Shown: positions 20,182-31,494 of the stretch, one piece after another
Position numbering within the stretch: the stretch's first letter is position 1
How the letters are laid out: every line of letters starts with the position of its first letter
Virus record (IMG/VR): IMGVR_UViG_3300032327_001521
Length of the DNA stretch: 64,000 nt
Direction: 5' to 3' (one strand)
DNA from: a virus
Lineage: Duplodnaviria; Heunggongvirae; Uroviricota; Caudoviricetes
Position numbers and translations under genes: made by a program
Notes under the pieces: model-generated
What the model saw: the letters and a program-made list of their open reading frames with translations, nothing else
What the model was told of the DNA's origin: nothing
Database searches by the model: none

Positions 20182-22353
20182 TTATCTTATTATTTTATCC
20201 ACTTCGAACGTAAAGTTTACGGGATCGATACAAGTAATTTCAATGATAGGTCTTTGAGTTCTACCAAATGTTGTTAAAAAATCAGCTTGAGTTAGTGTAG
20301 TAATCACTTTACCATACGTTGAGGTTTGATTTGATGCATTCTTTGCATCGGTCTTTATTGTAAAGTAATATGATGTGCTTGGGCTGATTGCAGTATCGAT
20401 TATAATCCTAAGCTTTTTACCCTTTTTCCAACCGTGCTGTGCATCATTTATTCTAATCACCTGATTGGCTGACACTGTCCATGTAGTCGGTCTGCTGTGC
20501 TTGTAATAGGTATTTGAAATCCCTAGTGGAAGTGTAATAATGTTACCTGAATTAACTGATGGGCTTGAAAAGTCCAAACGAGTTACGTCAGAATAGGCTT
20601 GAGCACTTGATGCAAGAGTTAGTGCACCAGGCGTAAGTTTGTCTAGCTTGATTCCATAACCTTCTCTAAATGCATCCAGATTATAACTAAGTTGCAAAGA
20701 CGTTCTATTATTATAGAGATCGTCAATTTGAGCATTTAGATCCTGGATAAGCAGCATGATTGCAGCTGTTTCGTTAAATGCAGCGGTTGAAGCAGACACA
20801 GTAGACTCTAATTGAGAAATTCTACGAGCTAGTGAATCAAGTCCAGATGTGTTGGTTAGTGCCTGTTTAGCAGCATCCACATCAATAGCAAGATTTTCAA
20901 GTTCAGCAATCTTTTCATTAAACTTGGTTTGCAGCTTTCTAATCTCAGTTAGCACATCAACAAAGAGTTCTAGTCCAAATGTTGAGTAGTCATTTATTGA
21001 GCGCTCAACTGTAACTTCCTCAATTGATGTATCAAACTTAAGGTTAACCTTAAATGCAAATGCATTGCCGTTGGTCTTGGTTATTGCATTTGGTTTTTCT
21101 TTGGTAATTAGCGGAATAGCAAAATCAGTTCCAGTTTGGACAACCTTATTTAAGAAATAGATTCCATATAAATTGGTTGCAACATCGTCTGGATTAGCTG
21201 GATCATATACATCATAATAGACTAGGATTGCATTAAAACCAAAATCGTAATTACCAACCGAATCATTTAATTGAGCAAGGGATTTAATATTTGAGTTTTG
21301 TTGCGCAAGCAAATAGTCAGATAGAGTAAAGTCAACTACTGCGCCGTCAAATGTTGAGCGTATATACTCAACACTGCGATCTGGTGTTAGCTTTTTAACC
21401 CTTTGAGTTTTAATGGCTGAGGTAGGTGATGTATCTGTACCACTTCGGGCACCATAATATGCAGCCAGGTCAGTATGATAACAATTTAGTGTAGAGTTTG
21501 CTCCCCACCAAAAACCTTCAATACTTGGCGTTGAGGTTAGCGTATCTGATATGTATGTATCAACGCTATTATCATCTAGGTCATAATATGCTCTAAGATC
21601 CATACCATTACTTGTAGCTGGGTGAGTCTCATTATAGCGCCTGCCATTTAGGTATTCAATATTTAATGGATCAGCTGGCGAATTAACAATCAGCATATCT
21701 GGATGATAATTATCATCGGCTATTGACTTAAATAGTGTAGTTGGGCTAGACCCAGCAGTAGTCGGTACATGAATATAAAGTTCACTGTAGGAATTATCTT
21801 TACTACGAACTGAGTTTACTACATCAATGTCTCCAAGATATTGAACAACTCTATCTTCATTTGAATATGAGGTTGCACTTGTTCCGTTTGCCCAATCCTC
21901 TGCCCATCTAAGTTCGCCAGCTGCTAGATTTGCAACTTCTGAAACGCTTGCACTTCTCCAACGTATTGCACCAAGTTCTTTCATCCATTTCCAAAAAACT
22001 CGCTCTGAGACATTAAGTTTTAGGTCTCTTTGATATGCCTCTTGTGAAATAATTAGACTCTCAAAGTTAAGGGCATAATTTTGAAAGCTTTGGGCAAGGT
22101 TTAGGTTTGCATTTGCCAGGCTTATTCCTTGAGCCATTGGCGATTCTCCCGGCGCTAGAAATTGAACTCTATTATCCTTTTCGATTGTTCCCGGAAGACC
22201 GATATCTGGGATCCTAAGCAGAGCAAACTTTGAAAACCTAAACTGGTTAGAGTTATTATTAAAGGTTAGGGTCAGATCTTCCAGCGAACTCTGAAAAGTA
22301 TAGAACATTCCCTTTTGGGTCTGTATGGGTTTTATTAATGGTGCAACTGCCAT
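20182..22353 (-). CDS. Structural protein (723 aa) with coiled coil and C-terminal beta domain
   Basis: Long ORF with coiled coil LTEIRKLQTKFNEKIAELENL. Its C-terminal domain is paralogous to a domain in 23650..27675. Confidence 0.6.
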   Translation of the reverse strand: MAVAPLIKPIQTQKGMFYTFQSSLEDLTLTFNNNSNQFRFSKFALLRIPDIGLPGTIEKDNRVQFLAPGESPMAQGISLANANLNLAQSFQNYALNFESLIISQEAYQRDLKLNVSERVFWKWMKELGAIRWRSASVSEVANLAAGELRWAEDWANGTSATSYSNEDRVVQYLGDIDVVNSVRSKDNSYSELYIHVPTTAGSSPTTLFKSIADDNYHPDMLIVNSPADPLNIEYLNGRRYNETHPATSNGMDLRAYYDLDDNSVDTYISDTLTSTPSIEGFWWGANSTLNCYHTDLAAYYGARSGTDTSPTSAIKTQRVKKLTPDRSVEYIRSTFDGAVVDFTLSDYLLAQQNSNIKSLAQLNDSVGNYDFGFNAILVYYDVYDPANPDDVATNLYGIYFLNKVVQTGTDFAIPLITKEKPNAITKTNGNAFAFKVNLKFDTSIEEVTVERSINDYSTFGLELFVDVLTEIRKLQTKFNEKIAELENLAIDVDAAKQALTNTSGLDSLARRISQLESTVSASTAAFNETAAIMLLIQDLNAQIDDLYNNRTSLQLSYNLDAFREGYGIKLDKLTPGALTLASSAQAYSDVTRLDFSSPSVNSGNIITLPLGISNTYYKHSRPTTWTVSANQVIRINDAQHGWKKGKKLRIIIDTAISPSTSYYFTIKTDAKNASNQTSTYGKVITTLTQADFLTTFGRTQRPIIEITCIDPVNFTFEVDKIIR

Positions 22354-22396
22354 GTGTTAAGCTTGGATTAGTTTATAAATTTAACGATACATTAGG

Positions 22397-23611
22397 TTAT
22401 GGCGTAGTTGTTGTTGTTGTGGTTGGGGCAGCCGTTGTTGTGGTGGTAGTTGGTGAAGAGGCTGGTGTATTAACATATACAAAGTTGTTACCGCCAGTTA
22501 TAATATATCGTGAATAATCTGTGTCTTGTAAAATCTTGGTTAGTGTAATCGTAGCGCCTAACTTATTAGGAGTAGTGGCTGCTATTCCAGTCTGTTGAGC
22601 TGGATTATATAATCGAATATGTCCACTAGGCGACATACCTGAGGAAGCAGCGGCAGCAGCGGATGTTCCACTTGCAGGTATTGATGTCCATGTTGAATCA
22701 TTTATATAGGCAATTTTATAACTGCCTGAGCCGGACGTACTACTTACACTCCAACCTGACATAATATTAATACCTGGATCGGTAGATGTTGTTGCAACAA
22801 CTGATGGCCAATTGCTAGTTGCAATTGGAGAGCCAGCACTATTTAAGATATTATTAATCATAATAGTAAATGACTGGCCAACATTCGGTCGTGAAGTATT
22901 TGTTGTATAATCCTCATGTAGTTGTAACCAAATAGGCTTGCTGCTATCTTGAGTATCGTCAGACAGCTGAATATCAACTACCATAAATTGTGGATCAGTT
23001 TTGCTTACAACAAGCTTTAAAACCGAGTAGCCTGTTCCAAATCTAACTGCTCCACCAATTACTCGGCTTGATGTTCCAACATTTGTATCAGCACTATGTG
23101 TCACAGATGACCTACCAAATTTTACATCACCATAAAACTCTGAGTTTACTGAACGCGTAGCATCTCCAACATACAGACCTGGAGCACCGGCTCCGCCTGA
23201 TGTAGGATATAAGAGAGCTCCACTTGTTCCACCAACTACTACAGTTCTGAGAGCAGCCTTGGATGTATTAGCTGTTGCAGTTAGGCTGTTTGTAAATACC
23301 AGATTATTAGTAGTAAACGTTGAAACACCTGATGATTGAGTTAGTGACGCAATCGTTGCAGCTGCACCGCTTGTACCGGCCTTATACAGCATTTGATTGG
23401 AAACAATAAGGTCCTGTGTGTATAATTTACCAATTGGCAAATTTGAGCCAATGTACTTGTTCACTAGATCAATTTGTAGGGTATTAATTATGTCTTCAAT
23501 CTTGCCCTTAAGAACGGTTGAGTTTGCATTAACAATGATTCTCATATCAGAGATAAATGTTGTCTCTAGTAGAGGTGTTATTGCTAGTGATGTGGTGGTA
23601 AAATCTGCCAT
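22397..23611 (-). CDS. S/T/G-rich fibre-like structural protein with poly-Thr tail
   Basis: 404 aa, ending PASSPTTTTTTAAPTTTTTTTP. Late promoter GATAAATAA at 23635-23643. Confidence 0.6.
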   Translation of the reverse strand: MADFTTTSLAITPLLETTFISDMRIIVNANSTVLKGKIEDIINTLQIDLVNKYIGSNLPIGKLYTQDLIVSNQMLYKAGTSGAAATIASLTQSSGVSTFTTNNLVFTNSLTATANTSKAALRTVVVGGTSGALLYPTSGGAGAPGLYVGDATRSVNSEFYGDVKFGRSSVTHSADTNVGTSSRVIGGAVRFGTGYSVLKLVVSKTDPQFMVVDIQLSDDTQDSSKPIWLQLHEDYTTNTSRPNVGQSFTIMINNILNSAGSPIATSNWPSVVATTSTDPGINIMSGWSVSSTSGSGSYKIAYINDSTWTSIPASGTSAAAAASSGMSPSGHIRLYNPAQQTGIAATTPNKLGATITLTKILQDTDYSRYIITGGNNFVYVNTPASSPTTTTTTAAPTTTTTTTP

Positions 23612-23634
23612 CTTATTTTCTTTTTTTTCTGTTT

Positions 23635-23643
23635 TTATTTATC
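23635..23643 (-). promoter_or_regulatory. Late promoter box
   Basis: GATAAATAA upstream of 22397..23611. Confidence 0.6.
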
Positions 23644-23649
23644 AAACGG

Positions 23650-26600
23650 TTATGCGTGAGTCAGCATTCGCTTACGTTCATTAAGCTCTTTTTCAATGGT
23701 CTGCACGTACTTGGCTGGGCTAAGTACGTTTGCTACAGCTATATTCACATTCATATACGAAGTATTGTTTCGAGTATCAGTTGATTGACCTAATAGTTTA
23801 TAGCTACCGGGCTTTTCAAATCGCCAAATAAAATAGGCTGGGGATAGTACATTAATAATAGTATCTCCAACTTCATTGACTAGGGTCCATTCGGTTTCAA
23901 CATTTGATGCAAGGTTTGATATTGTTACAAATATTGGATGATGAATTGGTACTTGGATAGTATCCTGTGTAGCTTTAATATTCGATAGCGTGAAAGAGTT
24001 TTCATCGTACTGCGAAGGAATGAAACCTTTTTGTACAGGTTCAATCCGGTCTACTGTAAATACAAAATTAGCAGCATCATCGCAGGTTGCAGTTAGAGCA
24101 AACCGACTCGGTACTCCATCAACCTTTGCAAAATCTTCTTGAGTTAAGGTTGCAATTTCTATTGGATAATCGTTAGCTGAATTAGTTAGTATGTAGATTA
24201 TAAAATCATCTGTTTCAACTGGCGTATCAAATACAATTCGTAGTTTAGAACCATTCTCCCAGCCTACCGTAGAGTCATCTATTAGAATAAGATATGTATC
24301 AGGTAGCGTCCATAGTGTATCATCATTTGTGTGGAATTCCCAATAGTTGGTAGCACCGGTTAACGGCAAGATATTACCATCAAACTCAATTGTTTCGTAT
24401 GTAAATGTACCTGGGCTTACCTGAACCGTATCAACATATAGTTCATCAGGTAGAGTATCATATGTTACATAACCGTTATCTATCCAATAGTTTATATTTG
24501 ATGCTGGTGCTGGAATATCTGAGCTTAGTGTTTTTAACTTATCAGTAAAGTCACTATATACAAATAGCAAATCCTCATCAAGTGATAAATTCATTTGGGC
24601 TAGAGTTTGCTGAGTGGATAGCAGAGAATCGGCACTAAATACTCGTTTAGGTAAGCCGAATGTATAGACAGAGTCAGTCCATAACACTTCAAATTGAGTA
24701 AAGTCTCCTATTACATTAGCAGTTTGAGCCTGAACTTCAAATAGAGCAGTAGTTAGATCAGTTATGATTCCTTCAATCCATCCGCCAACCTGATTTTGGA
24801 CTCTTACTCTAGAGCCTATTACAAGACCGCTTGTTTCGCTAACAGTTGGACTTTCGAATAGCTCAGTAAAAGTATACAGAGTTGAAGCGCTTATTACTGT
24901 CTCAGATATAGAGAGGCCATTATTATCTATCGGATATGAGCTTGCAGTCATTGACTCATACACTGTTGCAGATTGCAAAACCTTGATAATTGAATGATTA
25001 GACTTTGATGACTGCTTTGCTGTGGCCTTTATCTTTCCGCCAATTATTTGATAAGAATATTCTGACCAGCCGGGCTTTGTGCTATTACTCAGAGACTGTA
25101 GATAAGAGGTTAAGGTTTCAAGAGTTGCGCCCGGCACAGCAGTGGCAATATCAAGTGGTGGAAAACCTCCAAATTGTAAAGACCTAACATGCGAGCCCGG
25201 AGAGGCAGGTGTTAACTTTAAGTCAATGTAAAAACCGTCTAGTGTATCACCAACATAGCCTAAATCACTAAAGTCTAGATGATATAGCTCATTGAGCTTT
25301 GCGCCGGAATAATCGCTTAGTGTAGGCTGTCCATCAATTGAGCCACTACCCCAACCCTTTTTGGCTGGGTTAGACGAAAGTCGATATGGTACAAATCCTT
25401 CGCCTGGGTAAGAGATTAAAGCCTCATCTTGTCGTCCGCCAACTGACCAATAATTGGAATAGGTATACCAGTCTAAGTAGTGTGTCTGTATTTGAGTAAA
25501 TGGCTCAAATAGTCCATTTGGATTTACGACATTTGCCATTGGGTCAAATAGTGGAGTTTGGCCAAGGTCTTCAATCGTAATATTTGACAGATTTTTAAAA
25601 TCGTACCTGAATTTGTCCTGCATTCTAGTGAATACTTGTAGAACCGGTTCCTCTGACTTAACAGTTAGACTTATTCTATCAAACGAGACGCCTCCTTGCA
25701 TATCAAAGATACTCGCAGTGATTGTGTAAGCTCCAGTATGTGGTAGAATATGTGGCATCTTAACTAGATCAGTCAGCACACCACGCCTAATGAACAAATA
25801 GCCTTGCGGGCCCTCAATCTTCCACTCAATTTCATAACCGTTTCGGTACCTAAGAGTGTTTATTGTATAATGAGTATCAATTTGATAGATTGTCCAACTT
25901 GTATTTGCCTCAGCATAACCACTTGCATAGGTAATATCAATCTCAACGGTATTGCCCGGGCCAATATTAACAATAGTACCCTCCATATACTGAGATTGAT
26001 CAGTTGTAATATAGAACTTAACCTGGTTACCTATTGAAAAAACATCTGTGTTAAAAAAGTCAAAGTATTTGGTACCGGTGCTAATATCATTTGGAGTTGA
26101 TGAGGTGGTTGGTGAAGACGAGATAAAATCGTTAAACATTACACCATCTAGCTCTTGTAAGGTTAGATCTGGGATGAATGCCTCAAGCACGGTTGGACAA
26201 CCTATCTTGTCTAGTGTGTCATCGCCATAATCAGCTGGATTAGTTGGGCCATTACGGAATTCATAATCAATAAGGTCTTCATAATAGCCAGCAATTGCAG
26301 CATTTAGTACAGGTATGCCCGAGACTGGATATATTTGGGCGTCCTGATATGGTTCAATTGGGCCTTCACTATATGTCACGGCTGGAAATTCCGAAACTCC
26401 ACCCAGTTTAGGGTAGAGAGTCTTAATATCACGAATTTTAAGCTCTATTGATCGGGTATTTGGCTCTAATATGTTAACCTTGTATACGTCGTTTACCTGG
26501 AATGCCTCAATTGTTGTAAGATCAATCCAATTTCTTAGATTAAACTTCTCAAAGTAGATAAATTCTCCAATAATATCTCGAATAACTACGTTTACTGGTA

Positions 26601-27675
26601 AAATCTCTGTCTCTAGCTTTTTAGCAACGCCATGCAGCTTAAAAAAGATTTCATCTACCGTAAATTCAGTAGTTGGGACAACCTCTGGTAGCCCATCATC
26701 ATCGTAATTATCCGTTGCAACTGTAAATTCGTAAACTAAGGCAAGAAACTCTGTCTTTTTAAACTTTTTGCTGTTTTTGAGTGCCCTTTTATCATCAATT
26801 AGGTTAACCTTGGTAATATCGCCTAATTGCATGAGATCTGTCACATCAACCATTGCAAACTTATTATAGTAGTTGGAATTGGGATCAGTATCACGCCAAT
26901 ATTCCTTGACGCGTAGCACATCTCGATAGCCTAATAGGTTAATCAGATTTAGCATTCCTTTATATGTTCCAACATATGGATACACCTGGTCCTGATTTAC
27001 AAGCAGTTGTTTACGGGCAGCATTTAGCCTGGCCCAGTCAGAGAGGCTCTCTTTTAGATCGTAATCTTTTAGGAGTAGAGCATCCTCTCGATTAAATCTG
27101 ATACCAAAGTTTTCAAGCCAAACTCTCATTCTTTCATCCTCATCCTCACCTTCGCCATAGAAAGTTAATTCCAGGACCTGCTCTGTTGCCATTGCATCCG
27201 GGTCCTCAATTGTTGGAGCTGGATACGTATAGTGTATCTGCATTATACGGGAATAGGCGCGTTCCTCAATTGGAGTGAATGCAACATTTACTTGAAATGG
27301 ATAGGCTAGGTCAAGATCTGACTCTGAGCTGCCAAAGTCAGAATGATTAATAGTTAGCGACTCAGCTTTGGTAATAAAATCCAATGAGTCTGGTCCAACC
27401 CCTTCTCGGGTTATTGTGAATAGAAAAAAGTTTGTCTTGGCATCAGCTGTTTTCCAGGAGATATCAAATCGGGAGCCAGGTTCCATAGTTGGAAACTTAT
27501 AGCTCGTTATACCGAACTCAGTTACTGCCTCCAGTATGAAAATGTTGGAATTATCAAATAGAGCGGTTGAAATAGGCAGAAAGTAGTCTGCACCCTCCCA
27601 ATAACCATTTGCGTTCTGGTTAAAGTTATAGGATTCTCCATTCTTATCGAAAAAGAGTAGGTTGGTAATATTCAT
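23650..27675 (-). CDS. Baseplate wedge-like protein with PKD-like segments
   Basis: YPYVGTYKGMLNLINLLGY resembles the GT..g..(l) motif of baseplate wedge/gp7-type proteins. PKD-like HTGAYTITASIFD and KPGSYKLLGQSTD. Late promoter upstream. Confidence 0.55.
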   Translation of the reverse strand: MNITNLLFFDKNGESYNFNQNANGYWEGADYFLPISTALFDNSNIFILEAVTEFGITSYKFPTMEPGSRFDISWKTADAKTNFFLFTITREGVGPDSLDFITKAESLTINHSDFGSSESDLDLAYPFQVNVAFTPIEERAYSRIMQIHYTYPAPTIEDPDAMATEQVLELTFYGEGEDEDERMRVWLENFGIRFNREDALLLKDYDLKESLSDWARLNAARKQLLVNQDQVYPYVGTYKGMLNLINLLGYRDVLRVKEYWRDTDPNSNYYNKFAMVDVTDLMQLGDITKVNLIDDKRALKNSKKFKKTEFLALVYEFTVATDNYDDDGLPEVVPTTEFTVDEIFFKLHGVAKKLETEILPVNVVIRDIIGEFIYFEKFNLRNWIDLTTIEAFQVNDVYKVNILEPNTRSIELKIRDIKTLYPKLGGVSEFPAVTYSEGPIEPYQDAQIYPVSGIPVLNAAIAGYYEDLIDYEFRNGPTNPADYGDDTLDKIGCPTVLEAFIPDLTLQELDGVMFNDFISSSPTTSSTPNDISTGTKYFDFFNTDVFSIGNQVKFYITTDQSQYMEGTIVNIGPGNTVEIDITYASGYAEANTSWTIYQIDTHYTINTLRYRNGYEIEWKIEGPQGYLFIRRGVLTDLVKMPHILPHTGAYTITASIFDMQGGVSFDRISLTVKSEEPVLQVFTRMQDKFRYDFKNLSNITIEDLGQTPLFDPMANVVNPNGLFEPFTQIQTHYLDWYTYSNYWSVGGRQDEALISYPGEGFVPYRLSSNPAKKGWGSGSIDGQPTLSDYSGAKLNELYHLDFSDLGYVGDTLDGFYIDLKLTPASPGSHVRSLQFGGFPPLDIATAVPGATLETLTSYLQSLSNSTKPGWSEYSYQIIGGKIKATAKQSSKSNHSIIKVLQSATVYESMTASSYPIDNNGLSISETVISASTLYTFTELFESPTVSETSGLVIGSRVRVQNQVGGWIEGIITDLTTALFEVQAQTANVIGDFTQFEVLWTDSVYTFGLPKRVFSADSLLSTQQTLAQMNLSLDEDLLFVYSDFTDKLKTLSSDIPAPASNINYWIDNGYVTYDTLPDELYVDTVQVSPGTFTYETIEFDGNILPLTGATNYWEFHTNDDTLWTLPDTYLILIDDSTVGWENGSKLRIVFDTPVETDDFIIYILTNSANDYPIEIATLTQEDFAKVDGVPSRFALTATCDDAANFVFTVDRIEPVQKGFIPSQYDENSFTLSNIKATQDTIQVPIHHPIFVTISNLASNVETEWTLVNEVGDTIINVLSPAYFIWRFEKPGSYKLLGQSTDTRNNTSYMNVNIAVANVLSPAKYVQTIEKELNERKRMLTHA

Positions 27676-27694
27676 GCTGGATTGACCCTTTGTT

Positions 27695-27703
27695 CTATTT
27701 ATT
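27695..27703 (-). promoter_or_regulatory. Late promoter box opening the structural block
   Basis: AATAAATAG upstream of 23650..27675. Confidence 0.6.
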
Positions 27704-27744
27704 AGGGATGATTAGGATATCAGCCTGGCTAAGCATGAGTAGGG

Positions 27745-28164
27745 TTAGAGAGAATATATTTCACTATCACCACTGAGGCTTAATGAAACAAATTCAACCT
27801 TTTCACCTTTACCAATGTGTTTATAGATTTTTTTATACTCTTTTGCGTATCCATTCTTGGCTATTTGCGTAAAATAGGCAAATGCATTATTTGACTTTTC
27901 CTCATTAAAATTACGCCAATACCTGAGTAGATCAAGTAGTGCAGATTGAATACAGTCCTCTTTGTCTAAGGGATTTGCAAAGGTTAGCTTAAGAATTGCT
28001 CGATTAGCCAGTAAAATAAAATAGTCTATTGCCTTTGGTGATAGCTCTCCTTTAACATGCTGGTAACCAGTTTCCTCATTTAGTCTACCGTGTTTACACC
28101 GGATAATTTCATTTGTAAAATCTCGGTTATTGATGTAATACTTATTTAGTTTTGCTTTTGACAC
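27745..28164 (-). CDS. gp55: Late-transcription sigma factor (T4 gp55-like, short)
   Basis: YYINNRDFTNEI, ILLANR, F/ANP..KEDCIQ, NFNEEKSNNAFAYFTQIAKN are the diagnostic gp55 blocks. GTG start. Confidence 0.85.
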   Translation of the reverse strand: MSKAKLNKYYINNRDFTNEIIRCKHGRLNEETGYQHVKGELSPKAIDYFILLANRAILKLTFANPLDKEDCIQSALLDLLRYWRNFNEEKSNNAFAYFTQIAKNGYAKEYKKIYKHIGKGEKVEFVSLSLSGDSEIYSL

Positions 28165-28165
28165 A

Positions 28166-28843
28166 TTAATTGGGTTCTTTTAGTGATTCATGGATTTTTA
28201 GCACAGCTAAATATGAGTCAATCATGTCCATAAATGGTGACTTAACTTCTTGACCCTTAATAATATTTTCAGTATTCATATTTATACATTGGTGCAGACT
28301 GCTGTTTACTGCAATCTTTGGATCCTGCATAAAAGTTGTGTAAACATCAAATTTACCGGCATTGCCCTTTGCACCAATGGCATTCTTAAGTTCTCCTGGT
28401 GAAAATATGAATAGTCTTTCCTTTTGACCGTGTAATACCTTATCCAGCATTGCCTTTCTGAGCATACCGGTTGCTTGGCTGATATCAATTAGGGCATTAC
28501 CTTGCGCTCCATACGCAATTCCTTCAATTGAGACGATGACCTGATCTGTATTTGATACTAGTGACTGAATTCCAGCTACAAACTGATCAACTAGATAAGA
28601 ATAATTAGCAAGTTTTAGTCTCTCAGTACCTGAATAGGTCTCCTCGCCCTTTAGCTGTCTTTCTCGAGGCTCAAGAAACTGAACAGTTAATGATGGGTAC
28701 GTTAATTGAACGTCCTCTATAAATTTTCGATGAGCTTTTGTAGTATTAGCATTGACGCATGCAATCCAATGGAACTCTTTAAAGTCCTTACAAATACAAG
28801 CAGCTGGGTACTGTATTGAAAAGTCTATGCCTATAACTACCAA
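28166..28843 (-). CDS. RuvC-like Holliday junction resolvase
   Basis: VIGIDFS, SIEGIAYG, FSPGELKN..GAKGNAGK and DMIDSY supply the RuvC acidic tetrad pattern. Confidence 0.8.
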   Translation of the reverse strand: MVVIGIDFSIQYPAACICKDFKEFHWIACVNANTTKAHRKFIEDVQLTYPSLTVQFLEPRERQLKGEETYSGTERLKLANYSYLVDQFVAGIQSLVSNTDQVIVSIEGIAYGAQGNALIDISQATGMLRKAMLDKVLHGQKERLFIFSPGELKNAIGAKGNAGKFDVYTTFMQDPKIAVNSSLHQCINMNTENIIKGQEVKSPFMDMIDSYLAVLKIHESLKEPN

Positions 28844-28866
28844 ATGTCATATTAATCATTTTGAGT

Positions 28867-28893
28867 CTTCTACTGACAAATTTTTTTTAGTTT
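28867..28893 (-). promoter_or_regulatory. Pre-replicative promoter motif for the RuvC-gp55 operon
   Basis: AAACT-N15-GTAGAAG on the minus strand. Confidence 0.65.
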
Positions 28894-28899
28894 TTTGTA

Positions 28900-28926
28900 A
28901 AACCTCTAAGAGACGTACTGTAGAAT
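28900..28926 (+). promoter_or_regulatory. Pre-replicative promoter motif, divergent partner
   Basis: AAACC-N15-GTAGAAT. Confidence 0.65.
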
Positions 28927-29062
28927 AAGGGTGTTGGGTGGGTATAGAGACTTATATACTTAGTCTACTTATTTTTATTAATATAAAGAATAGAGTCTCT
29001 TAGTCTCTAAGTACCTAGGACAGGTTTTTTAGGTAAATTAGGACCATACTATAAGTAAAACC

Positions 29063-29806
29063 ATGTTTGATCCATCCCAAATAGAAAAATTTATCTTTTT
29101 TGATATCGAGACTGCCGGTCAGGCTGAGTCCATTACAGATCTTTCACCAAGACTAGAAACACTATGGTCAGCTAGAGCTGAGTTCTTAAGAGATCATCTG
29201 TCCTCTAAGTATCCTGACAATGCCGGAAAGACTGATCAGCAGCTCTTTGCTGAAAAAGCAGCTCTTCAGGCCGAATTTGGTAGAATTGTGTGTATTTCTT
29301 TCGGTAAGGTCAAATTTAATGAGATTGGAGAACCGACTGCTCAAATTGTATCCTATACCGGCACAGAGGAAGAGATCCTAACTCAATCACTAAAGCTAAT
29401 TAATGGCCTGTGCAAAGGTGGAGTCAAATTACTCGGTCATAATATAAAGCGATTTGATATCCCGTTTATCTGTAAGCGAGCCTTTATCCATAAAATGGAA
29501 GTGCCACCAGCTCTTCAGGTCTGGGACAAGAAACCTTGGGAAATAGCCGTCGTTGATACATCTGAACTTTGGAGTTTTGGCGCTTGGCAAGAGGGCTTTA
29601 CCTCATTAGACCTATTAACTGCTGTGCTTGATGTCCCGTCTCCAAAGACCGACATGAAAGGCTCAGAGGTCCATTCATCTTTCTATGCTGGCAAAATTGA
29701 CAAGATCAAAGAATATTGTCAACTTGACGTAATTGCCCTAATAAATGTGATTATTCGTCTTTCAAACCTAAACCAGTTGGAAGAATCGAATATAATATTT
29801 AAGTAA
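29063..29806 (+). CDS. Stand-alone DEDD 3'-5' exonuclease (PolB-exo-like family)
   Basis: ExoI FFDIET, GRIVCIS, Exo[18 protein letters not shown], ExoIII YCQLDV. Confidence 0.85.
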   Translation: MFDPSQIEKFIFFDIETAGQAESITDLSPRLETLWSARAEFLRDHLSSKYPDNAGKTDQQLFAEKAALQAEFGRIVCISFGKVKFNEIGEPTAQIVSYTGTEEEILTQSLKLINGLCKGGVKLLGHNIKRFDIPFICKRAFIHKMEVPPALQVWDKKPWEIAVVDTSELWSFGAWQEGFTSLDLLTAVLDVPSPKTDMKGSEVHSSFYAGKIDKIKEYCQLDVIALINVIIRLSNLNQLEESNIIFK

Positions 29807-31390
<1,584 letters not shown>

Positions 31391-31420
31391 AGTTCAATAG
31401 TCCACTAGCCATCGACGAGT

Positions 31421-31461
31421 AAATTGCCTGGACAGTAACCTGCCCGGGCATTTACTTTTTT
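31421..31461 (+). terminator. Probable intrinsic terminator after groL
   Basis: Imperfect GC-rich hairpin tgcctggacag-taac-ctgcccgggca followed by tttactttttt. Confidence 0.55.
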
Positions 31462-31494
31462 ATGGGGACGATAGATAAACAAAAGACTTTATGA

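Noticed and set aside
28790-28859. Out-of-frame ATG ORF (23 aa) overlapping the RuvC TTG start; possible frameshift
   Set aside because: The TTG start already gives a normal RuvC N-terminus (MVVIGID). No further evidence for recoding.
29035-29061. AAATT-N15-GTAAAAC as another early promoter copy
   Set aside because: The upstream box mismatches and the ATG is only 2 nt downstream. The 28900 copy explains this operon better.
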